DNA from: Fidelibacterota bacterium | GTDB lineage: Bacteria; Pseudomonadota; Alphaproteobacteria; Rhodospirillales; Rhodospirillaceae | Direction: 5' to 3' | NCBI GenBank assembly: GCA_945903705.1 | Contig: CAMDOZ010000003.1 | Span: forward strand, 642 to 64,641 | DNA length: 64,000 nucleotides | Shown here: piece by piece, positions 26,773-36,104 of the stretch | Layout of the letters: the number at the start of each line of letters is the position of its first letter | How positions within the stretch are numbered: the stretch's first letter is position 1 | Notes under the pieces: generated by a model | What the model saw: only the letters and a program-made list of their open reading frames with translations | Database searches by the model: none | Told to the model about the DNA's origin: nothing | Position numbers and translations under genes: made by a program

Positions 26773-27675
26773 ATGACTCAAGCTGCCGCGAAGACTTCTA
26801 TTACCATCGCCACCGTCGGCATTATCGGCGCGGGACAGATGGGCGCTGGCATTGCCCATGTCTGCGCGCTGGGAGGCTTCGAGGTCCTCCTGTCGGACAT
26901 CAATCCCGAACAGCTGAAGAAGTGCGTCGCGAATATTGAGAAGAACATTGCGCGTCAGGTGAACAAGGGATTTGTCAGCGAGGCCGACCGCGCGGCAGCC
27001 CTCAACCGGATCAAGACGGCAGCCGATCATAGTGCGCTGGGCAATTGCGACTTGGTCATCGAGGCGGCGACCGAGAACGAAGAGGTCAAGAAGAAGATCT
27101 TCCGCGACCTATGTCCTTCGATGAAGAAGGACGCCATCCTTTGCTCGAACACGTCGTCGATTTCGATCACGCGCCTCGCGGCGGTCACGGACCGGCCGGA
27201 AAGGTTCATGGGTCTTCACTTCATGAACCCCGTACCGGTGATGAAGCTGGTCGAACTCATTCGCGGTATTGCGACCGAAGAACCCACCTTCGCCTCCGTG
27301 CGGGTCTTTGCCGAGAAGCTGGGCAAGCATGTGGTGTCGTCGGAAGATTTCCCCGCTTTCATCGTCAACCGCATCCTGATTCCGATGATCAACGAAGCGG
27401 CCTATACGCTCTATGAGGGCGTCGGCACGGTGAAGGCCATCGACAGCGCCATGAAACTGGGCGCGAACCACCCGATGGGACCGCTCGAGCTTGCCGACTT
27501 TATCGGTTTGGACACATGTCTTGCCATCATGTCCGTCCTGCATGACGGGCTCGCCGATACGAAATACCGCCCCTGCCCGCTGCTCGCAAAATACGTGGAA
27601 GCCGGGTGGCTGGGACGCAAGACCGGAAAAGGGTTCTACGACTATCGTGGGCCCGAACCGGTTCCCACGCGATAG
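26773..27675 (+). CDS. hbd: 3-hydroxybutyryl-CoA (3-hydroxyacyl-CoA) dehydrogenase
   Basis: NAD fold VGIIGAGQMGAGIA. FMGLHFMNPVPVMKLVELI. PMGPLELADFIGLD. Confidence 0.92.
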   Translation: MTQAAAKTSITIATVGIIGAGQMGAGIAHVCALGGFEVLLSDINPEQLKKCVANIEKNIARQVNKGFVSEADRAAALNRIKTAADHSALGNCDLVIEAATENEEVKKKIFRDLCPSMKKDAILCSNTSSISITRLAAVTDRPERFMGLHFMNPVPVMKLVELIRGIATEEPTFASVRVFAEKLGKHVVSSEDFPAFIVNRILIPMINEAAYTLYEGVGTVKAIDSAMKLGANHPMGPLELADFIGLDTCLAIMSVLHDGLADTKYRPCPLLAKYVEAGWLGRKTGKGFYDYRGPEPVPTR

Positions 27676-27688
27676 CCCCTCGTCCTAA

Positions 27689-29392
27689 GTGTCCGCGCCT
27701 CTCTCATCGATCGACAGTGCGGATTCCCGGACGGACTCTTTGCTCAGTGCAATGATTTCGGGAAGTAGCCTTCGGGCCTACACGATCCTGACCTTGCTGT
27801 GCGCGCTTCTGTACCTGCCTGGCCTCACATCGATCCCGCCCACGGACCGCGACGAAGCGCGCTTCATGCAGGCCACGAAACAGATGATTGAAACCGGCGA
27901 CTACATCAACATTCATTTCCAGGACGAGCCGCGCAACAAGAAACCCGCCGGGATTCATTGGCTGCAATCGGCCGCCGTCAAAATCGCCGGCCAGGACCTC
28001 ATCACGTATTGGCCTTATCGTCTTCCCTCTGTCCTTGCAGCGTGGTTCGCGGTGCTCTTGTGCTGTGCCGTAGGAACACGGCTGTTCGACCGAAAAACCG
28101 GTTTCATTGCCGGCCTGGTCCTTGCCACCAGTTTCATGGTGGTGATCGAGGCGCATATCGCCAAGACGGATGCAATGTTGCTCGCGGCCACGACCGCCGC
28201 CATGGGCGCGCTCGCCATCATGTACAACACGCTACAAGGTCAGCGCGTGGGCATTGGCTTCGCGCTTCTGTTCTGGATCAGCCTTGCTGTGGGAACACTT
28301 GTAAAGGGCCCGGTGTCACTAGCCGTCGTGATCGTGACGGTCGTAACCCTCGCGATTACCGACAAACGAATCGCGTGGCTAAAGCAGACACGTCCTCTGT
28401 TGGGATTCCCTCTCGCGCTCGCGCTCACGCTACCGTGGCTGCTTGCGACTTCGGCAAGCGAAGGCGGGAACAACTTCATCGTCGAAGCAGTCCGCGGCGA
28501 TCTCATCCCGAAGCTCATCGGCGGCCAGGAAAGCCATGGCGCTCCGCCGGGCGCCCACCTCGCCGCGAGTCTCATCACGGCCTGGCCTTGGTCTCTGTTG
28601 GTTCCCTTCGTCCTCGTCTTCGGCTGGCGCGGGCGCGCGGTGCCTGTGGTTCGCTTCTGCCTCGCATGGCTCATCGGCACCTGGGTGTTGTTCGAAGTCG
28701 TGCCTACCAAGCTGCCTCACTACACCCTGCCGGCGTTTCCGGCCCTTGCGCTGCTGATCGCCCTCGCGGTGCAGAGCGAGAGTCTGCACACACTCATGCA
28801 AACAGTGTCAGGCCGGATCTATCGCGGGCTCTGGGGCTTGATCACCCTTGCGCTCGGAGGCGGAATCATTTTCGCCAGCCGGACCTATGGCGCGGACGAT
28901 TTGGCCGCCGCCGGCCTCACGGCGGCCGTACTCACCGCCAGCGCCGCCGTTGCGTTGGTGGAGTGGCGTAGCACGAGACCTCTCGCCTTCATGGCCGCCG
29001 CGGCGGTCGCGTTCACGGCGCTCCTTTCGGCGGGCGTGATACCGCGCCTGAACGATCTCGCCGTGAGCACCCGCCTCGCCGCGGCCATCGCGCCCTACAA
29101 GATCGCGTCCGGCCAACCGGTGGCGATGGCCGGCTATAGCGAGCCGTCGGCAGTCTTCCTTCTGGGAACAGATACGATCCTAACCAGCACCGCCAGCGTC
29201 GTGGACTACCTGCTCACGCATCCCGGGGCCGTCGGAGTGATTGAAGCCGCTCAGGTCGAAGAGGTCACACGCGCTGTCGCGGGAACCGGTGGACTTCGCA
29301 AGCTCGCGGATATCGAAGGCTATAATTATTCGCGCGGGGATCCCGTGGCCTTGAGCGTCGTCACCATCGCGCCGCCGGAAGCACAGCCATGA
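27689..29392 (+). CDS. ArnT-like glycosyltransferase (GT39/GT83 fold, undecaprenyl-phosphate-sugar dependent)
   Basis: About 12 TM segments. N-terminal loop motif PTDRDEARFMQATKQMIETGDY. GTG start. Confidence 0.85.
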   Translation: MSAPLSSIDSADSRTDSLLSAMISGSSLRAYTILTLLCALLYLPGLTSIPPTDRDEARFMQATKQMIETGDYINIHFQDEPRNKKPAGIHWLQSAAVKIAGQDLITYWPYRLPSVLAAWFAVLLCCAVGTRLFDRKTGFIAGLVLATSFMVVIEAHIAKTDAMLLAATTAAMGALAIMYNTLQGQRVGIGFALLFWISLAVGTLVKGPVSLAVVIVTVVTLAITDKRIAWLKQTRPLLGFPLALALTLPWLLATSASEGGNNFIVEAVRGDLIPKLIGGQESHGAPPGAHLAASLITAWPWSLLVPFVLVFGWRGRAVPVVRFCLAWLIGTWVLFEVVPTKLPHYTLPAFPALALLIALAVQSESLHTLMQTVSGRIYRGLWGLITLALGGGIIFASRTYGADDLAAAGLTAAVLTASAAVALVEWRSTRPLAFMAAAAVAFTALLSAGVIPRLNDLAVSTRLAAAIAPYKIASGQPVAMAGYSEPSAVFLLGTDTILTSTASVVDYLLTHPGAVGVIEAAQVEEVTRAVAGTGGLRKLADIEGYNYSRGDPVALSVVTIAPPEAQP

Positions 29393-30075
29393 CGTCCGAT
29401 CCGCTTCACCGCACTCTCGCGCTCTGGGGCGTTGCGACCGCGGTGATCATTGTCGCACTTATTCAGTGGATCGATCTTCCGATCGCATCCTTCTTTTACG
29501 CGCACCGCGAAACGACGTGGGTTGCCTTCTTCGCGGCCATCACCGACTTCGCGAACGGCGCCATCTGGTATTCCGTGGCCCTTATCGGCGTCGGCACGGC
29601 GGCATTCCGGCACTCGGCGCGCACAAAGAATCCGAACCCTGCGCGTCTGCGTCAGGAAGTCCGGGCCTGGCTTTTCATGGCCGTGTCCATGCTGAGCTCC
29701 GGTATTCTCATCAATGCCATGAAATTCGCCATCGGCAGGCAACGGCCGCGCTTCCTCTTTGCCGAGGAAAGCACGTCCGGTTTTTACCCCTTTGCGTTGG
29801 CGATCGCCGACAGCAGTTTCCCGTCAGGTCACACGCAGTCGATCTGGACGGCGATGCTGGCGCTGTCCTTTCTCTTCCCGCCGTTGCGGCCGGTGTTCCT
29901 GGCGATTGCAGCCACGATCGCGCTTAGCCGGATCGTCGTCGGCGCTCACTTTCTTGCCGATGTCGTCGTAAGCGTCTTCATCGCGTTTGCTACGGTGCTC
30001 TTGTGGCGGCGATGGTTCACGCGCGAGGGGGTTTCGCTCGCCCTGATCGAACAGCGCCCGATCAAGGCTTCTTGA
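29389..30075 (+). CDS. PAP2-family membrane phosphatase (lipid A phosphatase-like)
   Basis: ATGA overlap with the ArnT-like gene. Motifs KFAIGRQRP, PSGHT, SRIVVGAHFLADVV. Confidence 0.85.
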   Translation: MTSDPLHRTLALWGVATAVIIVALIQWIDLPIASFFYAHRETTWVAFFAAITDFANGAIWYSVALIGVGTAAFRHSARTKNPNPARLRQEVRAWLFMAVSMLSSGILINAMKFAIGRQRPRFLFAEESTSGFYPFALAIADSSFPSGHTQSIWTAMLALSFLFPPLRPVFLAIAATIALSRIVVGAHFLADVVVSVFIAFATVLLWRRWFTREGVSLALIEQRPIKAS

Positions 30076-30652
30076 TCAGGTCCTGCACCATCTTCTCGAC
30101 GGCGGGGCTATCCCACACCACCTCGCCCGCGATCCGGCCCAATTCCTTACCGTCCTTGCCGATGATGAGTGATGTCGGCAGGCCGCCCAGCTTGGCATCC
30201 TTGTAAAATCCGGTGGCGGGATCGAGATACAGGGGCAGCTTCCAGCCCTGCTTCTCCACAAAGGGCTTTGCGATCTTGGGACCGTTGCGCTCCTGGTTGA
30301 TGGCGATGACCTGGAAGTCCTTGCCGCCGAGCTTCGCGTTCAGGCGGTCGAGCGCCGGCATCTCCTTGACGCACGGGGCGCACCAGGTGGCCCAGAAATT
30401 CACAATTAAGACCTTGCCCCCGAAGTCCTTGAGGGTCTTGTTCATATCGCTCGCGTCCTTGAACACGGTCGCTGGAGCGTCGACGGGCTTGTCGTGCCAG
30501 GTGAAGTCCTTTGGTTCCACGGTTTCGGAGGCGGCCTGCGCCGGACCGGCCGGGGCCTGGCCCAGGCCGCTTGCAACCACGGCCAAGGCGATGATAATCA
30601 CCGCCAAACCCAGGGTCGGCAGCGCGAAACCGATACGTCTTACACTACTCAT
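30062..30652 (-). CDS. tlpA: TlpA/ResA-family periplasmic thiol:disulfide oxidoreductase
   Basis: Thioredoxin motif FWATWCAPCVKEMP with an N-terminal membrane anchor. Confidence 0.88.
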   Translation of the reverse strand: MSSVRRIGFALPTLGLAVIIIALAVVASGLGQAPAGPAQAASETVEPKDFTWHDKPVDAPATVFKDASDMNKTLKDFGGKVLIVNFWATWCAPCVKEMPALDRLNAKLGGKDFQVIAINQERNGPKIAKPFVEKQGWKLPLYLDPATGFYKDAKLGGLPTSLIIGKDGKELGRIAGEVVWDSPAVEKMVQDLIKKP

Positions 30653-30719
30653 GTCGTCTCCCACCGGTGGCGGCGCCCAGGTCACGGGCAGCGGCCCAAG
30701 AATGAGCCAAGGTTAACAT

Positions 30720-32111
30720 ATGCCGAGCAAGATGTGGGGAGGGCGATTTGGCGCCGGACCTACTGCAATCATGGAGGAAATCAACACCTCCGTAGGATTT
30801 GATCAGCGCCTGGCCAAGCAGGATGTGCGTGGCAGCCGGGCACACTGCGCCATGCTCGTGGCGCAGGGGATCATTTCCAAGGCTGACGGCGAAGCGATCC
30901 AGGAAGGTCTGACCCGGATCGAGAAAGACATTGCCGCAGGCGCGTTCGTCTTCAAGCGCAGTCTCGAAGACGTGCACATGAATGTCGAAAGCCGCCTCGC
31001 CGACCTGATCGGAGCGCCCGCCGGCAGGCTGCATACTGCGCGGTCGCGCAACGATCAGGTGGCGACCGACTTCCGCATGTGGGTGCGCGCGGCGATCGAG
31101 ACCCTGGGCGACGAGATCCGGAAGCTGCAAAGCGTGCTCATCGACAAGGCCGAGCTGGAAGCTGCGACTATCATGCCCGGCTTCACCCACCTCCAAGCGG
31201 CCCAGCCCGTCACTTTCGGCCACCATCTGCTGGCCTACGTCGAGATGTTCGGCCGCGACCGCGGCCGCCTCGCCGACGCTCGCAAGAGGCTGAACGAATG
31301 CCCGCTGGGCGCCGGAGCGATCGCCGGGACGTCTTTTCCCATCGACCGAACCCTGTCCGCCGAAAAGCTGGATTTCGACCGGCCCATGGCAAATTCCATG
31401 GACGCCGTCTCGGACCGGGACTTCGCCCTCGAGTTCCTCGCGGCGGCGGCCATCCTCGCCACCCACATGTCCCGCTTTGCCGAAGAGATGGTGATCTGGG
31501 CCAGCGCTCAGTTCGGCTTCATCAAATTCAGCGACGCCTTCTCGACCGGCAGCTCGATGATGCCGCAGAAGCGCAATCCCGATGCCGCCGAGCTGGTGCG
31601 TGCAAAGGCCGGCCGCGTGTTCGGCAATCTCTTTTCGCTGCTGACGGTGATGAAGGGCTTGCCGCTGACCTATTCCAAGGACATGCAAGAGGACAAGGAG
31701 GCGGTTTTCGGCGCGTTCGATACACTCGAGCTCTGTCTTGCCGCCATGACCGGTATGGTCGTGGACATGAAGCCGGACGCGGCGCGCATGAAGGCGAGTG
31801 CCAGCGCCGGCTTCACGACTGCGACCGACCTTGCCGACTGGGTGACGCAGAAGTTGAATATTCCGTTCCGGGACGCTCACCACATCACCGGACGTATCGT
31901 GAAGTTCGCGGAAGGCAAGGGATGCGACCTCGCCGAGCTAACGCTCGCCGACATGCAGATGGCGGAGCCGCGCATCACTCAAGATATATTCAGCGTTCTG
32001 ACCGTCGAAGCCTCGGCGGCCAGCCGGACCAGCTTCGGCGGCACGTCTCCAGCCAACGTGCGGGCACAAGTCGAAGCCGCGCGCAAACGATTTTTGGGGC
32101 ATGCACTATGA
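30720..32111 (+). CDS. argH: Argininosuccinate lyase
   Basis: MWGGRFG N-terminus. Fumarate-lyase signature [12 protein letters not shown]. Confidence 0.96.
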   Translation: MPSKMWGGRFGAGPTAIMEEINTSVGFDQRLAKQDVRGSRAHCAMLVAQGIISKADGEAIQEGLTRIEKDIAAGAFVFKRSLEDVHMNVESRLADLIGAPAGRLHTARSRNDQVATDFRMWVRAAIETLGDEIRKLQSVLIDKAELEAATIMPGFTHLQAAQPVTFGHHLLAYVEMFGRDRGRLADARKRLNECPLGAGAIAGTSFPIDRTLSAEKLDFDRPMANSMDAVSDRDFALEFLAAAAILATHMSRFAEEMVIWASAQFGFIKFSDAFSTGSSMMPQKRNPDAAELVRAKAGRVFGNLFSLLTVMKGLPLTYSKDMQEDKEAVFGAFDTLELCLAAMTGMVVDMKPDAARMKASASAGFTTATDLADWVTQKLNIPFRDAHHITGRIVKFAEGKGCDLAELTLADMQMAEPRITQDIFSVLTVEASAASRTSFGGTSPANVRAQVEAARKRFLGHAL

Positions 32112-32236
32112 TCAAACGCTGCGCGTTCGCCGTCGCCATTCTCCTGGCACTCACCAGCCTTTCAGCCTGCGGAAAGAAAGGTCTCCTTGGCGCGCCTGAG
32201 GGCGCCACCTATCCGCAACCGTATCCGCGACCGTAA
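32108..32236 (+). CDS. Small lipoprotein (42 aa) between argH and lysA
   Basis: ATGA overlap with argH. Lipobox LSAC in [25 protein letters not shown]. Small lipoprotein genes are commonly found upstream of lysA/dapF in proteobacteria. Confidence 0.6.
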   Translation: MIKRCAFAVAILLALTSLSACGKKGLLGAPEGATYPQPYPRP

Positions 32237-32249
32237 GAAAACCAGAGCT

Positions 32250-33518
32250 ATGCACCATTTCACCTATACCAACGGCGTCCTTCACGCTGAAGAAGTGCCG
32301 CTACCGCGGATCGCCTCGGAAGTCGGCACGCCCTTCTACTGCTACTCGCATGCCACCATGGCGCGCCACTACGTCGTATTCCGCGATGCCTTCGGCAAGC
32401 TCGATGTGAGCGTCTGTTTCGCGATGAAGGCCAACAGCAACCTTGCCGTCGTCCGTACGCTCGGACAACTCGGCGCGGGCGCAGACGTCGTCTCCGGCGG
32501 CGAGCTGCAGATCGCGCTGAAGGCAGGGATTCCGGCGAGCAAGATCGTTTTCTCCGGCGTCGGCAAGACCGACGCGGAAATCCGCTTGGCGCTCGCTTGC
32601 AATGTCGGCCAGATGAACGTCGAGTCCGAGGACGAACTCGTGCGCATCAGCGCCGCGGCGGCGCAGCTGGGCAAGAAGGTGCGCATCGCGCTGCGCGTCA
32701 ACCCGGACGTCGCGGCAGGCACGCACGACAAGATCTCCACCGGCCGCAAGGATGACAAGTTCGGCATCGACTGGACGCTTGCGCCGGGCCTTTACCGCAA
32801 GGCCCGCGAACTGCCCGGCCTCGTTCCGTCGTCGATCGCGGTCCACATCGGTTCGCAGATCACGAATCTCGTACCCTTCGAGGCCGCGTTCTCGCGCGTG
32901 CGCGAACTTGCCTTGCTGCTGCGCGCCGAAGGCATCCCGATCGATCACTTGGACTTGGGCGGCGGTTTGGGCGTTCCTTACGATCACAGCGCCGAGCCTC
33001 CACCCACGCCGGCGGACTATGCGGCGATGGTCAAGCGGACCTTGGGCGAGCTCAACTGCAAGTTCACGTTCGAGCCGGGCCGCCTCATCGTCGGCAACGC
33101 CGGCGTGATGGTCGCCCGTGTCATTGCAACGAAGGCCGGCGCCTCGCGAAGCTTCTTGATTCTCGACGCGGCCATGAACGATCTGATCCGGCCGGCGATG
33201 TATGGGGCGCGCCACGAGATCCTACCAGTCAAGGAGCGGCCGATGGCAGCCACCGTGAGGCCAGTCGACGTCGTCGGCCCGGTGTGCGAAAGCGCCGACC
33301 GCTTTGCTCAAGACTACCGGCTGCCGCATTTGGAGCCGAACGATCTCGTGGCTTTTATGACCGCGGGCGCCTATGGCGCGGTCATGTCGTCGAGCTATAA
33401 CGCAAGGCCCCTCATCCCCGAAGTCTTGGTCAAGGGAAGCAGTTACGCGGTGGTTCGCCGCCGGCCCACCTTCGAGCAGATGATGGCTCTCGAGCAACTT
33501 CCACCGTGGCTGGTGTAA
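32250..33518 (+). CDS. lysA: Diaminopimelate decarboxylase
   Basis: GTPFYCYS, FAMKANSN (PLP lysine), DLGGGLGVPY, CESAD. Confidence 0.95.
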   Translation: MHHFTYTNGVLHAEEVPLPRIASEVGTPFYCYSHATMARHYVVFRDAFGKLDVSVCFAMKANSNLAVVRTLGQLGAGADVVSGGELQIALKAGIPASKIVFSGVGKTDAEIRLALACNVGQMNVESEDELVRISAAAAQLGKKVRIALRVNPDVAAGTHDKISTGRKDDKFGIDWTLAPGLYRKARELPGLVPSSIAVHIGSQITNLVPFEAAFSRVRELALLLRAEGIPIDHLDLGGGLGVPYDHSAEPPPTPADYAAMVKRTLGELNCKFTFEPGRLIVGNAGVMVARVIATKAGASRSFLILDAAMNDLIRPAMYGARHEILPVKERPMAATVRPVDVVGPVCESADRFAQDYRLPHLEPNDLVAFMTAGAYGAVMSSSYNARPLIPEVLVKGSSYAVVRRRPTFEQMMALEQLPPWLV

Positions 33519-33590
33519 GTCGCCAAAAAGGGCCCCTTTCGTTGCAGGGGTTTCATTGAACGGCCGTCCTCAAACCCATAGACTGACCAG

Positions 33591-36101
33591 ATGCAGTCCG
33601 ATGGGCCCGAAAATACCTCTCTCTCCGTCCGCGAGGACCTGACGATCCGCCGACGCCTCGTGCTCGCCTGGCTCGCTTTAGCGTGGGAGCGGCTGTGGGC
33701 GCGCCTGTGGGCGACCGCTGCACTCGTCGGCGTCTTCGTCGCGATCGTACTCACAGACCTCCTTCCCGCCCTTCCGCTTGCCCTGCATATCGCGCTTCTG
33801 CTGATCGCGGCCGGCGCCATCGCTTTCGTAGCCACGCGCCACCTCAAGGACTTCGCCTGGCCGACCCGCGGCGAAGCCCGCGTGCGCCTCGAGACGCTGT
33901 CACCGGTGACGCATCGCCCGCTCACGACCGTTGAAGACGCGCTGGCACCCGGATCGAATCCGCTTCAGCAGCTCCTGTGGCGCCTGCACCAACGCCGCGC
34001 CAAGGACGATCTCAATCGCCTGCGCACCGCGCCGCCTGCGCCGGGCATCGCGGCACGGGATTACTTTGCCACCCGCGCGGTCGTCGTGCTCGCCCTGTTC
34101 GTCGCACTCGTCAGCGCCTGGGGGCACGTGGGCGATCGCCTCTTGCGCGGGTTTCTTCCCATCTTCGGCGACGACGCCGGACTTGCCGCGGTGAAACTCT
34201 GGATCACGCCGCCGTCCTACACAAACCGTTCGCCGCTCTATATCGAGCTTCCGGCCCCGGCCGGCACGGACGTTCCCGACACGCTGGAGATTCCCGCCGG
34301 AAGCAAGGCATTGGTGATGGTCACCGGTGCGACGCGCGACGCCTCGCTCGCGCTCGACGATACCAAGTTTCCGCTCGACCGCCTCGCCGACCAGAGTCAG
34401 CGCGGCGAGATGGAGCTGGTAGAGACTTCGCGCCTTGAAATTCGCAGCGGCTCGCGTGCCGTCGCAGGCTGGGACGTAAACTGGATCGCCGACAAGCCGC
34501 CCACGGTCGCCTTCACTGCGGAGCCCACTCAGGGTGTGCGCTGGCGCTTCCGTATCGACTACAGCGCCAAGGACGATTACGGCGTGGCCGCCTTGAAGGC
34601 GGTCATTCGCCGCAGTCCGAGCGGCGAGAAAGCTCCCGCCATCGAAGTCCCCATCACCCTGCCGCCGTTCTCTCCGAAGGATATCCAGCAAAACTCTCTC
34701 AACGACCTGACGGCGTTGCCATGGGCCGGCATGCGCGTGAGCGTGCAACTCGCGGCCTCCGACGTGGCCGGGCTGGTGGGCATGAGCGACGTCTATGAAG
34801 CCACGCTGCCCGAACGCATCTTTACGCACCCGGTGGCACGCGAACTTGCCCGCGTGCGCAAGGGCCTCTTCGTCAATCCCGGCGAAGCCGTGCCGGTCGC
34901 GCGCGAAGCGGTGACCAAGATTCTCGGTGATCCCGGAAGCTTCGGCGCCGATCCGCTCGTTCACCTCGCGCTTTCCACCACGAAGTTCCGCTTCACCGAG
35001 GAGACCGCCGATCAGGCCGCGCAATCGACGCCCGACCTCCTCTGGAATTCGGCCGTGCGCATCGAGGATGGAAACATTGCCGTCGCCGAGCAGCGCCTGC
35101 GCACCGCCGAGGAGGCCTTGCGCCGGGCTATCGAACGGGGCGCCTCGCAAGAGGAAATCGACAAGCTGGTGAGCGAGCTGCAGCAGGCGGTCGAAGAATA
35201 TCAGCAGGCGATGAACGAAAACGGCAATCAGCAGTCGAGTTTCAGCGCCAAGGAAGACAACGCCCAGCGCTCGGCGGAAATCGCCCAACTTGCCGAGCAG
35301 CTCCGCCAGCTTTCGCAGATGGGCTCCAGCGACGACGCCAAGAAGGCTTTCGCCGAGCTGCAAGCGGAACTCGACGATCTGCGTAATAACGCGGCCGGCG
35401 GCCAGCAGAACAGCCAGCAGGTTCAGCAAGCGGAGAAGATGCTCGAGGAAATGCGCGCGATCGCGAAAAAACAGTCCGAACTTCTGGACAAGAATTTCAA
35501 GCAGGCCCAGCAGCAAGGGCAACAGGATCAGCGCCAGGCTCAGAACCAGGCGAAGCCGCAGGGCAATCAGCAGAACAGCCAGCAACAGCAGCAATCCCAG
35601 AATGGCGAGGCCGCCGCCAAGGAAGCCGCGGCGAGTCAGGAGCAGATCCGCCAAGAACTCGAGAGCCTGATGAAGCAAATGGAAGCGATGACGGGGCAAA
35701 ACGCCGAAGGCCTGCAGGACGCTCAGGCGGCCATGCGGCAGGCGGAAGGCGCCTTGCGCGCCGGAGCTTGGAAGCAAGGCGTCGATCAGCAGGGCAAGGC
35801 GCTCTCATCGCTCGAGGAAGGCATGTCGGAAGCCGCGCGCCAGATGGCTGAGGCGTTATTCGACGAAGGTCTCGGCGGGCTCGCGCAGCTGGAAATGGGC
35901 CAGATCCGCTATAAGCAGCAGGGCGGCCAGGGCCGCTCGGGCGGCGATGAAGTGGAGGGCGGCGTCCCGCGGGATCCGGACACGGCCGGGATGGCTGAGC
36001 GCGTGCGTGCCATCCTCGGCGAGATCCGCAACCGCGCCAGCGACCGGACACGTCCCGCCATGGAGCAGGACTATCTTCGCCGGCTGATGAAGCAATTCTA
36101 A
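33591..36101 (+). CDS. Large membrane-anchored low-complexity protein, TIGR02302/DUF4175-like (alphaproteobacterial conserved hypothetical)
   Basis: 836 aa with N-terminal TM segments and a long Gln/Ala/Glu-rich coiled-coil region (QQQGQQDQRQAQNQAKPQGNQQNSQQQQQSQ). The position after lysA is typical of this family. Family assignment is from memory, not a search. Confidence 0.7.
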   Translation: MQSDGPENTSLSVREDLTIRRRLVLAWLALAWERLWARLWATAALVGVFVAIVLTDLLPALPLALHIALLLIAAGAIAFVATRHLKDFAWPTRGEARVRLETLSPVTHRPLTTVEDALAPGSNPLQQLLWRLHQRRAKDDLNRLRTAPPAPGIAARDYFATRAVVVLALFVALVSAWGHVGDRLLRGFLPIFGDDAGLAAVKLWITPPSYTNRSPLYIELPAPAGTDVPDTLEIPAGSKALVMVTGATRDASLALDDTKFPLDRLADQSQRGEMELVETSRLEIRSGSRAVAGWDVNWIADKPPTVAFTAEPTQGVRWRFRIDYSAKDDYGVAALKAVIRRSPSGEKAPAIEVPITLPPFSPKDIQQNSLNDLTALPWAGMRVSVQLAASDVAGLVGMSDVYEATLPERIFTHPVARELARVRKGLFVNPGEAVPVAREAVTKILGDPGSFGADPLVHLALSTTKFRFTEETADQAAQSTPDLLWNSAVRIEDGNIAVAEQRLRTAEEALRRAIERGASQEEIDKLVSELQQAVEEYQQAMNENGNQQSSFSAKEDNAQRSAEIAQLAEQLRQLSQMGSSDDAKKAFAELQAELDDLRNNAAGGQQNSQQVQQAEKMLEEMRAIAKKQSELLDKNFKQAQQQGQQDQRQAQNQAKPQGNQQNSQQQQQSQNGEAAAKEAAASQEQIRQELESLMKQMEAMTGQNAEGLQDAQAAMRQAEGALRAGAWKQGVDQQGKALSSLEEGMSEAARQMAEALFDEGLGGLAQLEMGQIRYKQQGGQGRSGGDEVEGGVPRDPDTAGMAERVRAILGEIRNRASDRTRPAMEQDYLRRLMKQF

Positions 36102-36104
36102 ATT

